Shown here one piece after another: positions 20,249-33,174 of a stretch of 64,000 bases of DNA. Location: assembly GCF_056746865.1 (NCBI RefSeq), contig NZ_CM163382.1, one strand, 5' to 3'. The position numbers and the translations under genes were made by a program. The first letter of the stretch is position 1; each line of letters starts with the position of its first letter. The notes beneath the pieces are model-generated. The model had not been told where the DNA came from and searched no databases. It was given only the letters and a program-made list of their open reading frames with translations.

Positions 20249-21139
20249 ATGTCTCTACACTCTCCAGGTAAAGCGTTTCGCGCTGCACTGTCTAAAGAAA
20301 ATCCATTGCAGATTGTTGGCACCATCAACGCTAACCATGCGCTGCTGGCGCAGCGTGCCGGATATCAGGCGATTTATCTTTCCGGCGGTGGCGTGGCGGC
20401 AGGGTCGCTGGGGCTGCCCGATCTCGGTATTTCTACCCTTGATGACGTGCTGACCGACATTCGCCGTATCACCGACGTCTGCTCGCTGCCGCTGCTGGTA
20501 GATGCGGATATCGGTTTTGGTTCTTCTGCTTTTAACGTTGCGCGCACCGTGAAATCGATGATTAAAGCCGGTGCGGCGGGATTGCATATTGAAGATCAGG
20601 TTGGTGCGAAACGCTGCGGCCATCGCCCGAATAAAGCGATCGTCTCGAAAGAGGAGATGGTGGATCGGATCCGCGCGGCGGTGGATGCGAAAACCGATCC
20701 TGATTTTGTGATCATGGCGCGCACCGATGCGCTGGCGGTTGAAGGGCTGGATGCGGCGATCGAGCGTGCGCGGGCCTATGTTGAAGCGGGTGCCGAGATG
20801 TTGTTCCCGGAGGCGATTACCGAACTCGCTATGTACCGCCAGTTTGCCGATGCGGTGCAGGTGCCAATCCTCGCCAACATTACCGAATTTGGCGCAACAC
20901 CGCTGTTTACTACCGATGAATTACGCAGTGCCCATGTTGCAATGGCGCTGTACCCGCTTTCAGCGTTTCGCGCCATGAACCGCGCCGCCGAACATGTCTA
21001 CAACGTCCTGCGTCAGGAAGGCACGCAGAAAAGCGTCATCGACACCATGCAGACCCGCAACGAACTGTACGAAAGCATCAACTATTACCAGTACGAAGAG
21101 AAGCTCGACGACCTGTTTGCCCGTAGCCAGGCGAAATAA
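20249..21139 (+). CDS. prpB: 2-methylisocitrate lyase
   Basis: ORF track 296 aa; isocitrate lyase/PEP mutase family; prp operon synteny. Confidence 0.95.
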   Translation: MSLHSPGKAFRAALSKENPLQIVGTINANHALLAQRAGYQAIYLSGGGVAAGSLGLPDLGISTLDDVLTDIRRITDVCSLPLLVDADIGFGSSAFNVARTVKSMIKAGAAGLHIEDQVGAKRCGHRPNKAIVSKEEMVDRIRAAVDAKTDPDFVIMARTDALAVEGLDAAIERARAYVEAGAEMLFPEAITELAMYRQFADAVQVPILANITEFGATPLFTTDELRSAHVAMALYPLSAFRAMNRAAEHVYNVLRQEGTQKSVIDTMQTRNELYESINYYQYEEKLDDLFARSQAK

Positions 21140-21160
21140 AAAACGCCCGTTGGTTGTATT

Positions 21161-21625
21161 CGACAACCGATGCCTGATGCGCCGCTGACGCGGCTTATCA
21201 GGCCTACGGGATGAACTGAACTGTAGGTCGGATAAGACGCATAGCGTCGCATCCGACAACCGATGCCTGATGCGCCGCTGACGCGGCTTATCAGGCCTAC
21301 GGGGTGAACTGAACTGTAGGTCGGATAAGACGCATAGCGTCGCATCCGACAACCGATGCCTGATGCGCCGCTGACGCGGCTTATCAGGCCTACGGGGCGT
21401 GCTGAACTGTAGGTCGGATAAGACGTATGGCGTCGCATCCGACAACCGATGCCTGATGCGCCGCTGACGCGACTTATCAGGCCTACGGGGTGAACTGAAC
21501 TGTAGGTCGGATAAGACGCATGGCGTCGCATCCGACAACCGATGCCTGATGCGACGCTGACGCGGCTTATCAGGCCTGCGGGGTGAACTGAACTGTAGGT
21601 CGGATAAGACGCATAGCGTCGCATC
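21161..21625. repeat. tandem array of five 93-bp units built from inverted REP palindromes (BIME-type)
   Basis: cgacaaccgatgcc recurs at 21161, 21254, 21347, 21440, 21533; spurious ORFs 20960..21790 and 21085..21624 show a 31-aa periodic peptide. Confidence 0.9.
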
Positions 21626-21671
21626 CGACAACAATCTCGACCCTACAAATGATAACAATGACGAGGACAAT

Positions 21672-22841
21672 ATGAGCGACACAACGATCCTGCAAAACAG
21701 TACCCATGTCATTAAACCGAAAAAATCTGTGGCACTTTCTGGCGTTCCGGCGGGCAATACGGCGCTCTGCACCGTGGGTAAAAGTGGCAATGACTTGCAT
21801 TACCGTGGTTACGATATTATTGATCTGGCGGAACATTGCGAATTTGAAGAAGTGGCGCATCTGCTGATCCACGGCAAACTGCCGACCCGTGACGAACTCG
21901 CCGCTTACAAAACGAAACTGAAAGCCCTGCGTGGTTTACCAGCTAATGTGCGTACCGTGCTGGAAGCCTTACCGGCGGCGTCGCACCCGATGGATGTTAT
22001 GCGCACCGGCGTTTCCGCGCTCGGCTGCACGCTGCCAGAAAAAGAGGGGCATACCGTCTCTGGCGCGCGGGATATTGCCGACAAACTGCTGGCGTCACTT
22101 AGCTCGATTCTTCTCTACTGGTATCACTACAGCCACAACGGCGAACGCATCCAGCCGGAAACCGATGACGACTCCATCGGTGGTCACTTCCTGCACCTGC
22201 TGCACGGCGAAAAGCCATCGCAAAGCTGGGAAAAGGCGATGCATATCTCGCTGGTGCTGTACGCCGAACACGAGTTTAACGCCTCCACCTTTACCAGCCG
22301 GGTGATTGCGGGCACTGGCTCTGATATGTATTCCGCGATTATTGGCGCGATTGGTGCACTGCGCGGGCCGAAGCACGGCGGGGCGAATGAAGTGTCGCTG
22401 GAGATCCAGCAACGCTACGAAACGCCGGACGAAGCCGAAGCCGATATCCGCAAGCGGGTGGAAAACAAAGAAGTGGTCATTGGTTTTGGTCATCCGGTTT
22501 ATACCATCGCCGACCCGCGTCATCAGGTGATCAAACGTGTGGCGAAGCAGCTCTCGCAGGAAGGCGGCTCACTGAAGATGTACAACATCGCCGATCGCCT
22601 GGAAACGGTGATGTGGGAGAGCAAAAAGATGTTCCCCAATCTCGACTGGTTCTCCGCTGTTTCCTACAACATGATGGGCGTTCCCACCGAGATGTTCACA
22701 CCACTGTTTGTTATCGCCCGCGTCACCGGCTGGGCGGCGCACATTATCGAACAACGTCAGGACAACAAAATTATCCGTCCTTCCGCCAATTATGTTGGAC
22801 CGGAAGACCGCCAGTTTGTCGCGCTGGATAAGCGCCAGTAA
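21672..22841 (+). CDS. prpC: 2-methylcitrate synthase
   Basis: ORF track 389 aa; citrate synthase family. Confidence 0.95.
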   Translation: MSDTTILQNSTHVIKPKKSVALSGVPAGNTALCTVGKSGNDLHYRGYDIIDLAEHCEFEEVAHLLIHGKLPTRDELAAYKTKLKALRGLPANVRTVLEALPAASHPMDVMRTGVSALGCTLPEKEGHTVSGARDIADKLLASLSSILLYWYHYSHNGERIQPETDDDSIGGHFLHLLHGEKPSQSWEKAMHISLVLYAEHEFNASTFTSRVIAGTGSDMYSAIIGAIGALRGPKHGGANEVSLEIQQRYETPDEAEADIRKRVENKEVVIGFGHPVYTIADPRHQVIKRVAKQLSQEGGSLKMYNIADRLETVMWESKKMFPNLDWFSAVSYNMMGVPTEMFTPLFVIARVTGWAAHIIEQRQDNKIIRPSANYVGPEDRQFVALDKRQ

Positions 22842-22874
22842 ACCTCTACGAATAACAATAAGGAAACGTACCCA

Positions 22875-24326
22875 ATGTCAGCTCAAATCAACAACATCCG
22901 CCCGGAATTTGATCGTGAAATCGTTGATATTGTCGATTACGTGATGAACTACGAAATCAGCTCCAAAGTAGCCTACGACACCGCACATTACTGCCTGCTC
23001 GACACGCTCGGCTGCGGTCTTGAAGCTCTCGAATACCCAGCCTGTAAAAAACTGCTGGGGCCAATTGTCCCCGGCACCGTCGTACCTAACGGCGTGCGCG
23101 TCCCCGGAACTCAGTTCCAGCTCGACCCCGTCCAGGCGGCATTTAACATCGGCGCGATGATCCGTTGGCTCGATTTCAACGATACCTGGCTGGCGGCGGA
23201 GTGGGGGCATCCTTCCGACAACCTCGGCGGCATTCTGGCAACGGCAGACTGGCTTTCGCGCAACGCGGTCGCCAGCGGCAAAGCGCCGTTGACCATGAAA
23301 CAGGTGCTGACCGCAATGATCAAAGCCCATGAAATTCAGGGCTGCATCGCGCTGGAAAACTCCTTTAACCGCGTCGGCCTCGACCACGTTCTGTTAGTGA
23401 AAGTGGCTTCCACCGCCGTGGTCGCCGAAATGCTCGGCCTGACCCGCGAGGAAATTCTCAACGCCGTTTCGCTGGCGTGGGTGGACGGTCAGTCGCTGCG
23501 CACCTATCGCCATGCGCCGAACACCGGCACGCGTAAATCCTGGGCGGCGGGCGATGCCACTTCCCGCGCGGTACGTCTGGCACTGATGGCGAAAACGGGC
23601 GAAATGGGTTACCCGTCAGCCCTGACTGCGCCTGTGTGGGGCTTCTACGACGTCTCCTTCAAAGGTGAGTCGTTCCGCTTCCAGCGCCCGTACGGTTCTT
23701 ACGTGATGGAAAATGTGCTGTTCAAAATCTCCTTCCCGGCGGAGTTCCACTCCCAGACGGCAGTTGAAGCAGCGATGACGCTCTATGAACAGATGCAGGC
23801 AGCAGGCAAAACGGCGGCAGATATCGAAAAAGTGACCATTCGCACCCACGAAGCCTGTATTCGCATCATCGACAAAAAAGGACCGCTCAATAACCCGGCA
23901 GACCGCGACCACTGCATTCAGTACATGGTGGCGATCCCGCTGCTGTTCGGACGCTTAACGGCGGCAGATTACGAGGACAACGTTGCGCAAGATAAACGCA
24001 TCGACGCCCTGCGCGAGAAGATCAATTGCTTTGAAGATCCGGCATTTACCGCTGACTACCACGACCCGGAAAAACGTGCCATCGCCAATGCCATAACCCT
24101 TGAGTTCACCGACGGTACGCGATTTGAAGAAGTGGTGGTGGAGTACCCCATTGGTCATGCTCGCCGCCGTCAGGATGGCATTCCGAAGCTGGTCGATAAA
24201 TTCAAAATCAATCTCGCGCGCCAGTTCCCGACTCGCCAACAGCAGCGCATTCTGGAGGTTTCTCTCGACAGAGCTCGCCTGGAACAGATGCCGGTCAATG
24301 AGTATCTCGACCTGTACGTCATTTAA
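22875..24326 (+). CDS. prpD: 2-methylcitrate dehydratase
   Basis: ORF track 483 aa; MmgE/PrpD family. Confidence 0.95.
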
Positions 24327-24365
24327 GCAAACAGCGGTAAGGCGTAAGTTCAACAGGAGAGCATT

Positions 24366-26252
24366 ATGTCTTTTAGCGAATTTTATCAGCGTTCGATTAA
24401 CGAACCGGAGCAGTTCTGGGCCGAGCAGGCCCGGCGTATTGACTGGCAGACGCCCTTTACGCAAACGCTCGATCACAGCAATCCGCCGTTTGCCCGTTGG
24501 TTTTGTGAAGGCCGAACCAACTTGTGTCACAACGCTATCGACCGCTGGCTGGAGAAACAGCCAGAGGCGCTGGCGCTGATTGCCGTCTCTTCGGAAACAG
24601 AAGAAGAGTGCACCTTTACCTTCCGCCAGTTACATGACGAAGTGAATGCGGTGGCCTCAATGCTGCGCTCGCTGGGTGTGCAGCGCGGCGATCGGGTGCT
24701 GGTGTATATGCCGATGATTGCCGAAGCGCATATTACTCTGCTGGCTTGCGCGCGCATTGGCGCTATTCACTCGGTGGTGTTTGGGGGATTTGCCTCGCAC
24801 AGCGTGGCGGCGCGAATTGATGATGCTAAACCGGTGCTGATTGTCTCGGCTGATGCCGGAGCGCGCGGTGGCAAAATCATTCCCTATAAAAAATTGCTCG
24901 ACGATGCGATAAGTCAGGCGCAGCACCAGCCACGCCATGTTTTGCTGGTGGATCGCGGGCTGGCGAAAATGGCACGCGTCAGCGGGCGGGATGTCGATTT
25001 CGCGTCGTTGCGCCATCAACACATCGGCGCGCGGGTACCGGTGGCGTGGCTGGAATCCAACGAAACCTCCTGCATTCTCTACACCTCCGGCACGACCGGC
25101 AAACCTAAAGGCGTGCAGCGTGACGTTGGCGGATATGCGGTGGCGCTGGCGACCTCGATGGACACCATTTTTGGCGGCAAAGCGGGCGGTGTGTTCTTTT
25201 GTGCTTCGGATATCGGCTGGGTGGTGGGGCATTCGTATATCGTCTACGCGCCGCTGCTGGCGGGGATGGCGACTATCGTTTACGAAGGATTACCGACCTG
25301 GCCGGACTGCGGCGTGTGGTGGAAAATCGTCGAGAAATATCAGGTTAGCCGGATGTTCTCAGCGCCGACCGCCATTCGCGTGCTGAAAAAATTCCCTACC
25401 GCTGAAATTCGCAAACACGATCTCTCGTCGCTGGAAGTGCTCTATCTGGCGGGGGAGCCGCTGGACGAGCCGACCGCCAGTTGGGTGAGCAATACGCTGG
25501 ATGTGCCGGTCATCGACAACTACTGGCAGACCGAATCCGGCTGGCCGATTATGGCGATTGCTCGCGGTCTGGACGACAGGCCGACGCGTCTGGGAAGCCC
25601 CGGCGTGCCGATGTATGGCTATAACGTGCAGTTGCTTAATGAAGTCACCGGCGAACCGTGTGGCGTCAACGAGAAAGGGATGCTGGTGGTGGAAGGGCCA
25701 TTGCCGCCGGGGTGTATTCAGACCATTTGGGGCGACGACGACCGCTTTGTGAAGACGTACTGGTCGCTGTTTTCCCGTCCGGTGTACGCCACTTTTGACT
25801 GGGGTATCCGCGATGCTGACGGTTATCACTTTATTCTCGGGCGCACTGACGATGTGATTAACGTTGCCGGGCATCGGCTGGGGACGCGCGAGATTGAAGA
25901 GAGTATCTCCAGTCATCCGGGCGTTGCCGAAGTGGCGGTGGTTGGGGTGAAAGATGCGCTGAAAGGGCAGGTGGCGGTGGCGTTTGTCATTCCGAAAGAG
26001 AGCGACAGTCTGGAAGACCGAGACGTGGCGCACTCGCAAGAGAAGGCGATTATGGCGCTGGTGGACAGCCAGATTGGCAACTTTGGTCGCCCGGCGCACG
26101 TCTGGTTTGTCTCGCAATTGCCGAAAACGCGATCCGGAAAAATGCTGCGCCGCACGATCCAGGCGATTTGCGAAGGACGCGATCCTGGGGATCTGACGAC
26201 CATTGATGATCCTGCGTCGTTGGATCAGATCCGCCAGGCGATGGAAGAGTAA
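24366..26252 (+). CDS. prpE: propionyl-CoA synthetase
   Basis: ORF track 628 aa; AMP-binding motif YTSGTTGKPKG. Confidence 0.95.
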   Translation: MSFSEFYQRSINEPEQFWAEQARRIDWQTPFTQTLDHSNPPFARWFCEGRTNLCHNAIDRWLEKQPEALALIAVSSETEEECTFTFRQLHDEVNAVASMLRSLGVQRGDRVLVYMPMIAEAHITLLACARIGAIHSVVFGGFASHSVAARIDDAKPVLIVSADAGARGGKIIPYKKLLDDAISQAQHQPRHVLLVDRGLAKMARVSGRDVDFASLRHQHIGARVPVAWLESNETSCILYTSGTTGKPKGVQRDVGGYAVALATSMDTIFGGKAGGVFFCASDIGWVVGHSYIVYAPLLAGMATIVYEGLPTWPDCGVWWKIVEKYQVSRMFSAPTAIRVLKKFPTAEIRKHDLSSLEVLYLAGEPLDEPTASWVSNTLDVPVIDNYWQTESGWPIMAIARGLDDRPTRLGSPGVPMYGYNVQLLNEVTGEPCGVNEKGMLVVEGPLPPGCIQTIWGDDDRFVKTYWSLFSRPVYATFDWGIRDADGYHFILGRTDDVINVAGHRLGTREIEESISSHPGVAEVAVVGVKDALKGQVAVAFVIPKESDSLEDRDVAHSQEKAIMALVDSQIGNFGRPAHVWFVSQLPKTRSGKMLRRTIQAICEGRDPGDLTTIDDPASLDQIRQAMEE

Positions 26253-26278
26253 GGTATTGTCGGATGCGTCGTGTGGCG

Positions 26279-26994
26279 CATCCGACACCGTGCGCCGATG
26301 CCTGATGCGACGCTGACGCGTCTTATCATGCCTACAGGCCTGAACCGTAGGTCGGATAAGGCGCTCGCGCCGCATCCGACACCGTGCGCCGATGCCTGAT
26401 GCGACGCTGGCGCGTCTTATCATGCCTACAGGTCTGAACCGTAGGTCGGATAAGGCGCTCGCGCCGCATCCGACACCGTGCGCAGATGCCTGATACGACG
26501 CTGGCGCGTCTTATCATGCCTACAGGCCTGAACCGTAGGTCGGATAAGGCGCTCGCGCCGCATCCGACACCGTGCGCCGATGCCTGATGCGACGCTGGTG
26601 CGTCTTATCATGCCTACAGGCCTGAACCGTAGGTCGGATAAGGCGCTCGCGCCGCATCCGACACCGTGCGCAGATGCCTGATGCGACGCTGGTGCGTCTT
26701 ATCATGCCTACAGGCCTGAACCGTAGGTCGGATAAGGCGCTCGCGCCGCATCCGACACCGTGCGCAGATGCCTGATACGACGCTGGCGCGTCTTATCATG
26801 CCTACAGGCCTGAACCGTAGGTCGGATAAGGCGCTCGCGCCGCATCCGACACCGTGCGCAGATGCCTGATGCGACGCTGGTGCGTCTTATCATGCCTACA
26901 GGTCTGAACCGTAGGTCGGATAAGGCGCTCGCGTCGCATCCGACACCCCGCGCCGATGCCTGATGCGACGCTGACGCGTCTTATCAGGCCTACC
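26279..26994. repeat. tandem array of about 7.5 units of a 94-bp REP-pair repeat (BIME-type)
   Basis: catccgacacc recurs every 94 bp from 26279 to 26937; five identical-frame 61-aa spurious ORFs at 94-bp spacing in ORF track. Confidence 0.9.
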
Positions 26995-27070
26995 CACTAC
27001 CCACTGTTTTTACACCGATAATTTTTCCCCCACCTTTTTGCACTCATTCATATAAAAAATATATTTCCCC

Positions 27071-27086
27071 ACGAAAACGATTGCTT
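27071..27086 (+). promoter_or_regulatory. candidate PurR operator upstream of codB
   Basis: acgaaaacgattgctt matches 13/16 of recalled PurR box ACGCAAACGTTTTCTT. Confidence 0.4.
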
Positions 27087-27152
27087 TTTATCTTCAGATG
27101 AATAGAATGCGGCGAATTTTTTGGGTTTCAAACAGCAAAAAGGGGGAATTTC

Positions 27153-28412
27153 GTGTCGCAAGATAACAACTTTAGCCAGGGGCCAGTCCCGCAGTCGGCG
27201 CGGAAAGGGGTATTGGCATTGACGTTCGTCATGCTGGGATTAACCTTCTTTTCCGCCAGTATGTGGACCGGCGGCACTCTCGGAACCGGTCTTAGCTATC
27301 ATGATTTCTTCCTCGCAGTTCTCATCGGTAATCTTCTCCTCGGTATTTACACTTCATTTCTCGGTTACATTGGCGCAAAAACCGGCCTGACCACTCATCT
27401 TCTTGCTCGCTTCTCGTTTGGTGTTAAAGGCTCATGGCTGCCTTCACTGCTACTGGGCGGAACTCAGGTTGGCTGGTTTGGCGTCGGTGTGGCGATGTTT
27501 GCTATTCCGGTGGGTAAGGCAACCGGGCTGGATATTAATTTGCTGATTGCCGTTTCCGGTTTACTGATGACCGTCACCGTCTTTTTTGGCATTTCGGCGC
27601 TGACGGTTCTTTCGGTGATTGCGGTTCCGGCTATCGCCTGCCTGGGCGGTTATTCCGTGTGGCTGGCTGTTAACGGCATGGGCGGCCTGGACGCATTAAA
27701 AGCGGTCGTTCCCGCACAACCGTTAGATTTCAATGTCGCGCTGGCGCTGGTTGTGGGGTCATTTATCAGTGCGGGTACGCTCACCGCTGACTTTGTCCGG
27801 TTTGGTCGCAATGCCAAACTGGCGGTGCTGGTGGCGATGGTGGCCTTTTTCCTCGGCAACTCGTTGATGTTTATTTTCGGTGCAGCGGGCGCTGCGGCAC
27901 TGGGGATGGCGGATATCTCTGATGTGATGATTGCTCAGGGCCTGCTGCTGCCTGCGATTGTGGTGCTGGGGCTGAATATCTGGACCACCAACGATAACGC
28001 ACTCTATGCGTCGGGTTTAGGTTTCGCCAACATTACTGGTATGTCGAGCAAAACCCTTTCGGTGATTAACGGTATTATCGGTACGGTCTGCGCATTATGG
28101 CTGTATAACAATTTTGTCGGCTGGTTGACCTTCCTTTCGGCAGCTATTCCTCCGGTAGGTGGCGTGATCATTGCCGACTATCTGATGAACCGTCGCCGCT
28201 ATGAGCACTTTGCGACCACGCGTATGATGAGTGTCAATTGGGTGGCGATTCTGGCGGTCGCGCTGGGGATTGCCGCAGGCCACTGGTTACCGGGAATTGT
28301 TCCGGTCAACGCGGTATTAGGTGGCGCGCTGAGCTATCTGATCCTTAACCCGATTTTGAATCGTAAAACGACAGCAGCAATGACGCATGTGGAGGTTAAC
28401 AGTGTCGAATAA
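27153..28412 (+). CDS. codB: cytosine permease
   Basis: ORF track 419 aa, polytopic membrane protein; adjacent to codA. Confidence 0.95.
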   Translation: MSQDNNFSQGPVPQSARKGVLALTFVMLGLTFFSASMWTGGTLGTGLSYHDFFLAVLIGNLLLGIYTSFLGYIGAKTGLTTHLLARFSFGVKGSWLPSLLLGGTQVGWFGVGVAMFAIPVGKATGLDINLLIAVSGLLMTVTVFFGISALTVLSVIAVPAIACLGGYSVWLAVNGMGGLDALKAVVPAQPLDFNVALALVVGSFISAGTLTADFVRFGRNAKLAVLVAMVAFFLGNSLMFIFGAAGAAALGMADISDVMIAQGLLLPAIVVLGLNIWTTNDNALYASGLGFANITGMSSKTLSVINGIIGTVCALWLYNNFVGWLTFLSAAIPPVGGVIIADYLMNRRRYEHFATTRMMSVNWVAILAVALGIAAGHWLPGIVPVNAVLGGALSYLILNPILNRKTTAAMTHVEVNSVE

Positions 28413-29685
28413 CGCTTTACAAACAATTATTAACGCCCGGTTACCAGGCAAAGAGGGGCTGTGGCAGATTCATCTGCAGGACGGAAAAATCAGCGCCATT
28501 GATGCGCAATCCGGCGTGATGCCCATAACTGAAAACAGCCTGGATGCCGAACAAGGTTTAGTTATACCGCCGTTTGTGGAGCCGCATATTCACCTGGACA
28601 CCACGCAAACCGCCGGACAACCGAACTGGAATCAGTCCGGCACGCTGTTTGAAGGCATTGAACGCTGGGCCGAGCGCAAAGCGTTATTAACCCATGACGA
28701 TGTGAAACAACGCGCCTGGCAAACGCTGAAATGGCAGATTGCCAACGGCATTCAGCATGTGCGTACCCATGTCGATGTTTCGGATGCAACGCTAACTGCG
28801 CTGAAAGCAATGCTGGAAGTGAAGCAGGAAGTCGCGCCGTGGATTGATCTGCAAATTGTCGCCTTCCCTCAGGAAGGGATTTTGTCGTATCCCAACGGTG
28901 AAGCGTTGCTGGAAGAGGCGTTACGCTTAGGGGCAGATGTAGTGGGGGCGATTCCGCATTTTGAATTTACCCGTGAATACGGCGTGGAGTCGCTGCATAA
29001 AACCTTCGCCCTGTCGCAAAAATACGACCGTCTCATCGACGTTCACTGTGATGAGATTGATGACGAACAGTCGCGCTTTGTCGAAACCGTTGCAGCCCTG
29101 GCGCACCGTGAAGGCATGGGCGCGCGAGTCACCGCCAGCCACACAACGGCAATGCACTCCTATAACGGGGCGTATACCTCACGCCTGTTCCGCTTGCTGA
29201 AAATGTCCGGTATTAACTTTGTCGCCAACCCGCTGGTCAATATTCATCTGCAAGGACGTTTCGATACGTATCCAAAACGTCGCGGCATCACGCGCGTTAA
29301 AGAGATGCTGGAGTCCGGCATTAACGTCTGCTTTGGTCACGATGATGTCTTCGATCCGTGGTATCCGCTGGGAACGGCGAATATGCTGCAAGTGCTGCAT
29401 ATGGGGCTGCATGTTTGCCAGCTGATGGGCTACGGGCAGATTAACGACGGTCTGAATTTAATCACCCACCACAGCGCCAGGACGTTGAATTTGCAGGATT
29501 ACGGCATTGCCGCCGGAAACAGCGCCAACCTGATTATCCTGCCTGCAGAAAATGGGTTTGATGCGCTGCGCCGTCAGGTTCCGGTGCGCTATTCGGTACG
29601 TGGCGGTAAGGTGATTGCCAGCACCCAACCAGCACAAACCACCGTATATCTGGAGCAGCCAGAAGCCATCGATTACAAACGGTGA
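28402..29685 (+). CDS. codA: cytosine deaminase
   Basis: ORF track frame 28387..29685; start set to GTG 28402 ([19 protein letters not shown]...), 427 aa; amidohydrolase HxH motif. Confidence 0.9.
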   Translation: MSNNALQTIINARLPGKEGLWQIHLQDGKISAIDAQSGVMPITENSLDAEQGLVIPPFVEPHIHLDTTQTAGQPNWNQSGTLFEGIERWAERKALLTHDDVKQRAWQTLKWQIANGIQHVRTHVDVSDATLTALKAMLEVKQEVAPWIDLQIVAFPQEGILSYPNGEALLEEALRLGADVVGAIPHFEFTREYGVESLHKTFALSQKYDRLIDVHCDEIDDEQSRFVETVAALAHREGMGARVTASHTTAMHSYNGAYTSRLFRLLKMSGINFVANPLVNIHLQGRFDTYPKRRGITRVKEMLESGINVCFGHDDVFDPWYPLGTANMLQVLHMGLHVCQLMGYGQINDGLNLITHHSARTLNLQDYGIAAGNSANLIILPAENGFDALRRQVPVRYSVRGGKVIASTQPAQTTVYLEQPEAIDYKR

Positions 29686-29724
29686 TCGGCTGGGCTGTGT
29701 GTTGACAAAGCGAGCGTAGTTTAT

Positions 29725-29803
29725 GCCGGATGCGGCGTGAACGCCTTATCCGGCCTACGTAGAGCACTGAACTCGTAGGCCTGATAAGCGTAGCGCATCA
29801 GGC
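29725..29803. repeat. REP palindrome pair between codA and cynR
   Basis: gccggatgcggcgtgaacgccttatccggcctacg ... cgtaggcctgataagcgtagcgcatcaggc. Confidence 0.7.
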
Positions 29804-29817
29804 AATTGTGTCAGTGG

Positions 29818-30717
29818 TTACCGCGATTCATTCCCGCCAACAACCGCGCATTTATCCAACGCCATTTGCAAAAATGCCTTCGCGGCGGCTGTCTGCCAGC
29901 TATTTTTCCGCCGCAACAAAACCGCCGTTCTCTTCAGTAGTGGTGGGGCAAGAGAAATAGCTTTAAGCCCTTCATGTTGTGTGGCAATCGCTGCTGGCAA
30001 CAATGTGGAAAGGGAAGTGCGGCGAATCAGCTCCAGAACCGCGCTAATTGAGTTCGCCTCAATGACCACCTGTGGATGTAGCCCCGCTTTCTCACAGTAG
30101 TGGTCAATTTGCTCTCTGGTGGCAAATTCCGCGCTGAGCAGGACCAGTTTTTCATCATGCAAGCGACTCAACGCCACCTGTTCACAGGCAGCCAGCGGAT
30201 GATGTTGCGCCACGACTAACGCTAAACTTTCTGTCAGTAAAGGAATTGCCTCCAGCTCCGGCGAATGCACAGGCGCGAAGGCAATCCCAACGTCCAACTC
30301 GTCGCGACAAAGCAGATCTTCGATTTTCTCCTGCGACATTTCCTGTAGCTTGAGCGTGATGCCGGGGTAGCGCGCATAGAAATCCGCCATTAAAGGGCCG
30401 ATAAAGTAGCTCGTAAAGGTGGGGGTGACGGCGATACGCAGCGATCCTCGCGTCAGATCGGCAACATCATGAATCGCCCGTTTACCCGCCCCCAGTTCCT
30501 GTAACGCCCGGCTGGCGTACTGTCGCCAGACTTCTCCTGCATCAGTGAGACGAATCGTTCGCCCGCTACGGTCAAACAGCGGCACGCCTAAACTCTCCTC
30601 TAACTGGCGAATCTGCTGGGAAAGCGCAGGCTGGGAGACGTGCAACGCACTGGCGGCACGGGTAAAGCTGCCATGTTCAGCCACGGCAAGAAAATAATTG
30701 ATATGTCGAGAGAGCAT
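29818..30717 (-). CDS. cynR: LysR-family regulator of the cyn operon
   Basis: ORF track frame 29818..30741; start set to [18 protein letters not shown] (299 aa). Confidence 0.9.
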   Translation of the reverse strand: MLSRHINYFLAVAEHGSFTRAASALHVSQPALSQQIRQLEESLGVPLFDRSGRTIRLTDAGEVWRQYASRALQELGAGKRAIHDVADLTRGSLRIAVTPTFTSYFIGPLMADFYARYPGITLKLQEMSQEKIEDLLCRDELDVGIAFAPVHSPELEAIPLLTESLALVVAQHHPLAACEQVALSRLHDEKLVLLSAEFATREQIDHYCEKAGLHPQVVIEANSISAVLELIRRTSLSTLLPAAIATQHEGLKAISLAPPLLKRTAVLLRRKNSWQTAAAKAFLQMALDKCAVVGGNESR

Positions 30718-30826
30718 TCGCCAACCTATAAGTAAATCCAATAGAACTCATCATAAATGAGACTTTTACCTTATGACAATCGGCGAGTAGTCTGCCTCTC
30801 ATTCCAGAGACAGACAGAGGTTAACG

Positions 30827-31486
30827 GTGAAAGAGATTATTGATGGATTCCTTAAATTCCAGCGCGAGGCATTTCCGAAGCGGGAAGCCTTGTTTAAACA
30901 GCTGGCGACACAGCAAAGCCCGCGCACACTTTTTATCTCCTGCTCCGACAGCCGTCTGGTCCCTGAGCTGGTGACGCAACGTGAGCCTGGCGATCTGTTC
31001 GTTATTCGCAACGCGGGCAATATCGTTCCTTCCTACGGGCCAGAACCCGGTGGCGTTTCTGCTTCGGTGGAGTACGCCGTCGCTGCGCTTCGGGTATCTG
31101 ACATTGTGATTTGCGGTCATTCCAACTGTGGCGCAATGACCGCTATTGCCAGCTGCCAGTGCATGGACCATATGCCTGCCGTCTCTCACTGGCTGCGTTA
31201 TGCCGATTCTGCCCGCGTCGTTAATGAGGCGCGCCCGCATCGTGATTTACCGTCAAAAGCTGCGGCGATGGTGCGTGAAAACGTGATTGCTCAGTTGGCT
31301 AATCTGCAAACGCATCCATCGGTGCGCCTGGCGCTCGAAGAGGGGCGGATCGCCCTGCACGGCTGGGTCTACGACATTGAAAGCGGCAGCATCGCAGCTT
31401 TTGACGGCGCAACCCGCCAGTTTGTGCCACTGGCCGCTAATCCTCGCGTTTGTGCCATACCGCTACGCCAACCGACCGCAGCGTAA
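30827..31486 (+). CDS. cynT: carbonic anhydrase
   Basis: ORF track 219 aa; beta-carbonic anhydrase motifs (CSDSR, HSNCG). Confidence 0.95.
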   Translation: MKEIIDGFLKFQREAFPKREALFKQLATQQSPRTLFISCSDSRLVPELVTQREPGDLFVIRNAGNIVPSYGPEPGGVSASVEYAVAALRVSDIVICGHSNCGAMTAIASCQCMDHMPAVSHWLRYADSARVVNEARPHRDLPSKAAAMVRENVIAQLANLQTHPSVRLALEEGRIALHGWVYDIESGSIAAFDGATRQFVPLAANPRVCAIPLRQPTAA

Positions 31487-31498
31487 CCTTATTTTTAA

Positions 31499-31987
<489 letters not shown>

Positions 31988-32019
31988 CAACCATGCGCGA
32001 CCATCAAAAGACGTTCACG

Positions 32020-33174
32020 ATGCTGCTGGTTCTGGTGCTGATTGGTCTTAATATGCGACCACTGCTCACCTCCGTCGGACCACTGCTACCGCAATTGCGT
32101 CAGGCGAGTGGAATGAGCTTTAGCGTGGCAGCCCTGTTGACTGCTCTGCCGGTGGTTACCATGGGCGGGCTGGCGCTGGCCGGAAGCTGGCTTCATCAGC
32201 ATGTCAGCGAACGTCGCAGCGTCGCCATCAGTTTGTTACTGATTGCCGTCGGTGCATTGATGCGTGAGCTTTACCCCCAAAGTGCGCTGCTGCTTAGCAG
32301 CGCACTGCTTGGTGGAGTGGGGATCGGCATCATTCAGGCAGTGATGCCTTCGGTAATTAAGCGGCGGTTTCAGCACCGTACGCCACTGGTGATGGGGCTG
32401 TGGTCCGCGGCTCTGATGGGCGGCGGTGGACTTGGTGCCGCCATTACGCCCTGGTTAGTTCAACATAGCGAAACCTGGTATCAAACACTCGCCTGGTGGG
32501 CGCTGCCTGCCGTTGTTGCGCTCTTTGCCTGGTGGTGGCAAAGCGCCCGCGAGGTCGCCTCTTCTCACAAGACAACAACCACTCCGGTTCGCGTGGTATT
32601 TACTCCCCGCGCCTGGACGCTGGGTGTTTACTTCGGTCTGATTAACGGCGGTTACGCCAGCCTGATTGCCTGGTTACCCGCTTTCTATATTGAGATTGGT
32701 GCCAGCGCGCAGTACAGCGGTTCCTTGCTGGCATTGATGACGCTTGGGCAAGCAGCAGGGGCATTGCTAATGCCTGCTATGGCTCGCCATCAGGATCGGC
32801 GCAAACTTTTGATGCTGGCGCTGGCGTTACAACTGGTGGGGTTCTGCGGCTTTATCTGGCTGCCGCTGCAATTGCCGGTATTGTGGGCAATGGTGTGTGG
32901 GTTAGGTCTGGGCGGCGCATTTCCGCTCTGTTTGCTGCTGGCGCTCGATCACTCTGCGCAACCCGCTATTGCTGGCAAACTGGTGGCGTTTATGCAGGGG
33001 ATCGGTTTTATCATCGCCGGGCTTGCCCCGTGGTTTTCTGGTGTGCTGCGTAGTATCAGTGGCAATTACTTGATGGACTGGGCGTTTCATGCGCTGTGCG
33101 TCGTTGGGCTGATGATCATAACCCTGCGTTTTGCACCAGCACGTTTTCCGCAGCTGTGGGTCAAAGAGGCATGA
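32020..33174 (+). CDS. cynX: MFS cyanate transporter
   Basis: ORF track frame 31993..33174; start set to MLLVLVLIGLNMRPLL (384 aa). Confidence 0.85.
   Translation: MLLVLVLIGLNMRPLLTSVGPLLPQLRQASGMSFSVAALLTALPVVTMGGLALAGSWLHQHVSERRSVAISLLLIAVGALMRELYPQSALLLSSALLGGVGIGIIQAVMPSVIKRRFQHRTPLVMGLWSAALMGGGGLGAAITPWLVQHSETWYQTLAWWALPAVVALFAWWWQSAREVASSHKTTTTPVRVVFTPRAWTLGVYFGLINGGYASLIAWLPAFYIEIGASAQYSGSLLALMTLGQAAGALLMPAMARHQDRRKLLMLALALQLVGFCGFIWLPLQLPVLWAMVCGLGLGGAFPLCLLLALDHSAQPAIAGKLVAFMQGIGFIIAGLAPWFSGVLRSISGNYLMDWAFHALCVVGLMIITLRFAPARFPQLWVKEA

Noticed and set aside
21161-21625. Possible CRISPR array (regular tandem repeats)
   Set aside because: Units are contiguous with no unique spacers, the 93-bp period is too long, the units are REP-type palindrome pairs, and there are no cas genes nearby.
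20960-21790. 276-aa and 179-aa minus-strand ORFs
   Set aside because: They lie entirely within the prpB-prpC repeat array and encode a 31-aa periodic low-complexity peptide.
25359-26423. 354-aa minus-strand ORF antisense to prpE
   Set aside because: Arg/His-rich low-complexity translation overlapping prpE and running into the REP array.
26279-26994. Possible CRISPR array or family of small repeated genes (five 61-aa ORFs at 94-bp spacing)
   Set aside because: The ORFs are the same translated repeat unit; the sequence is a REP/BIME array with no spacers.
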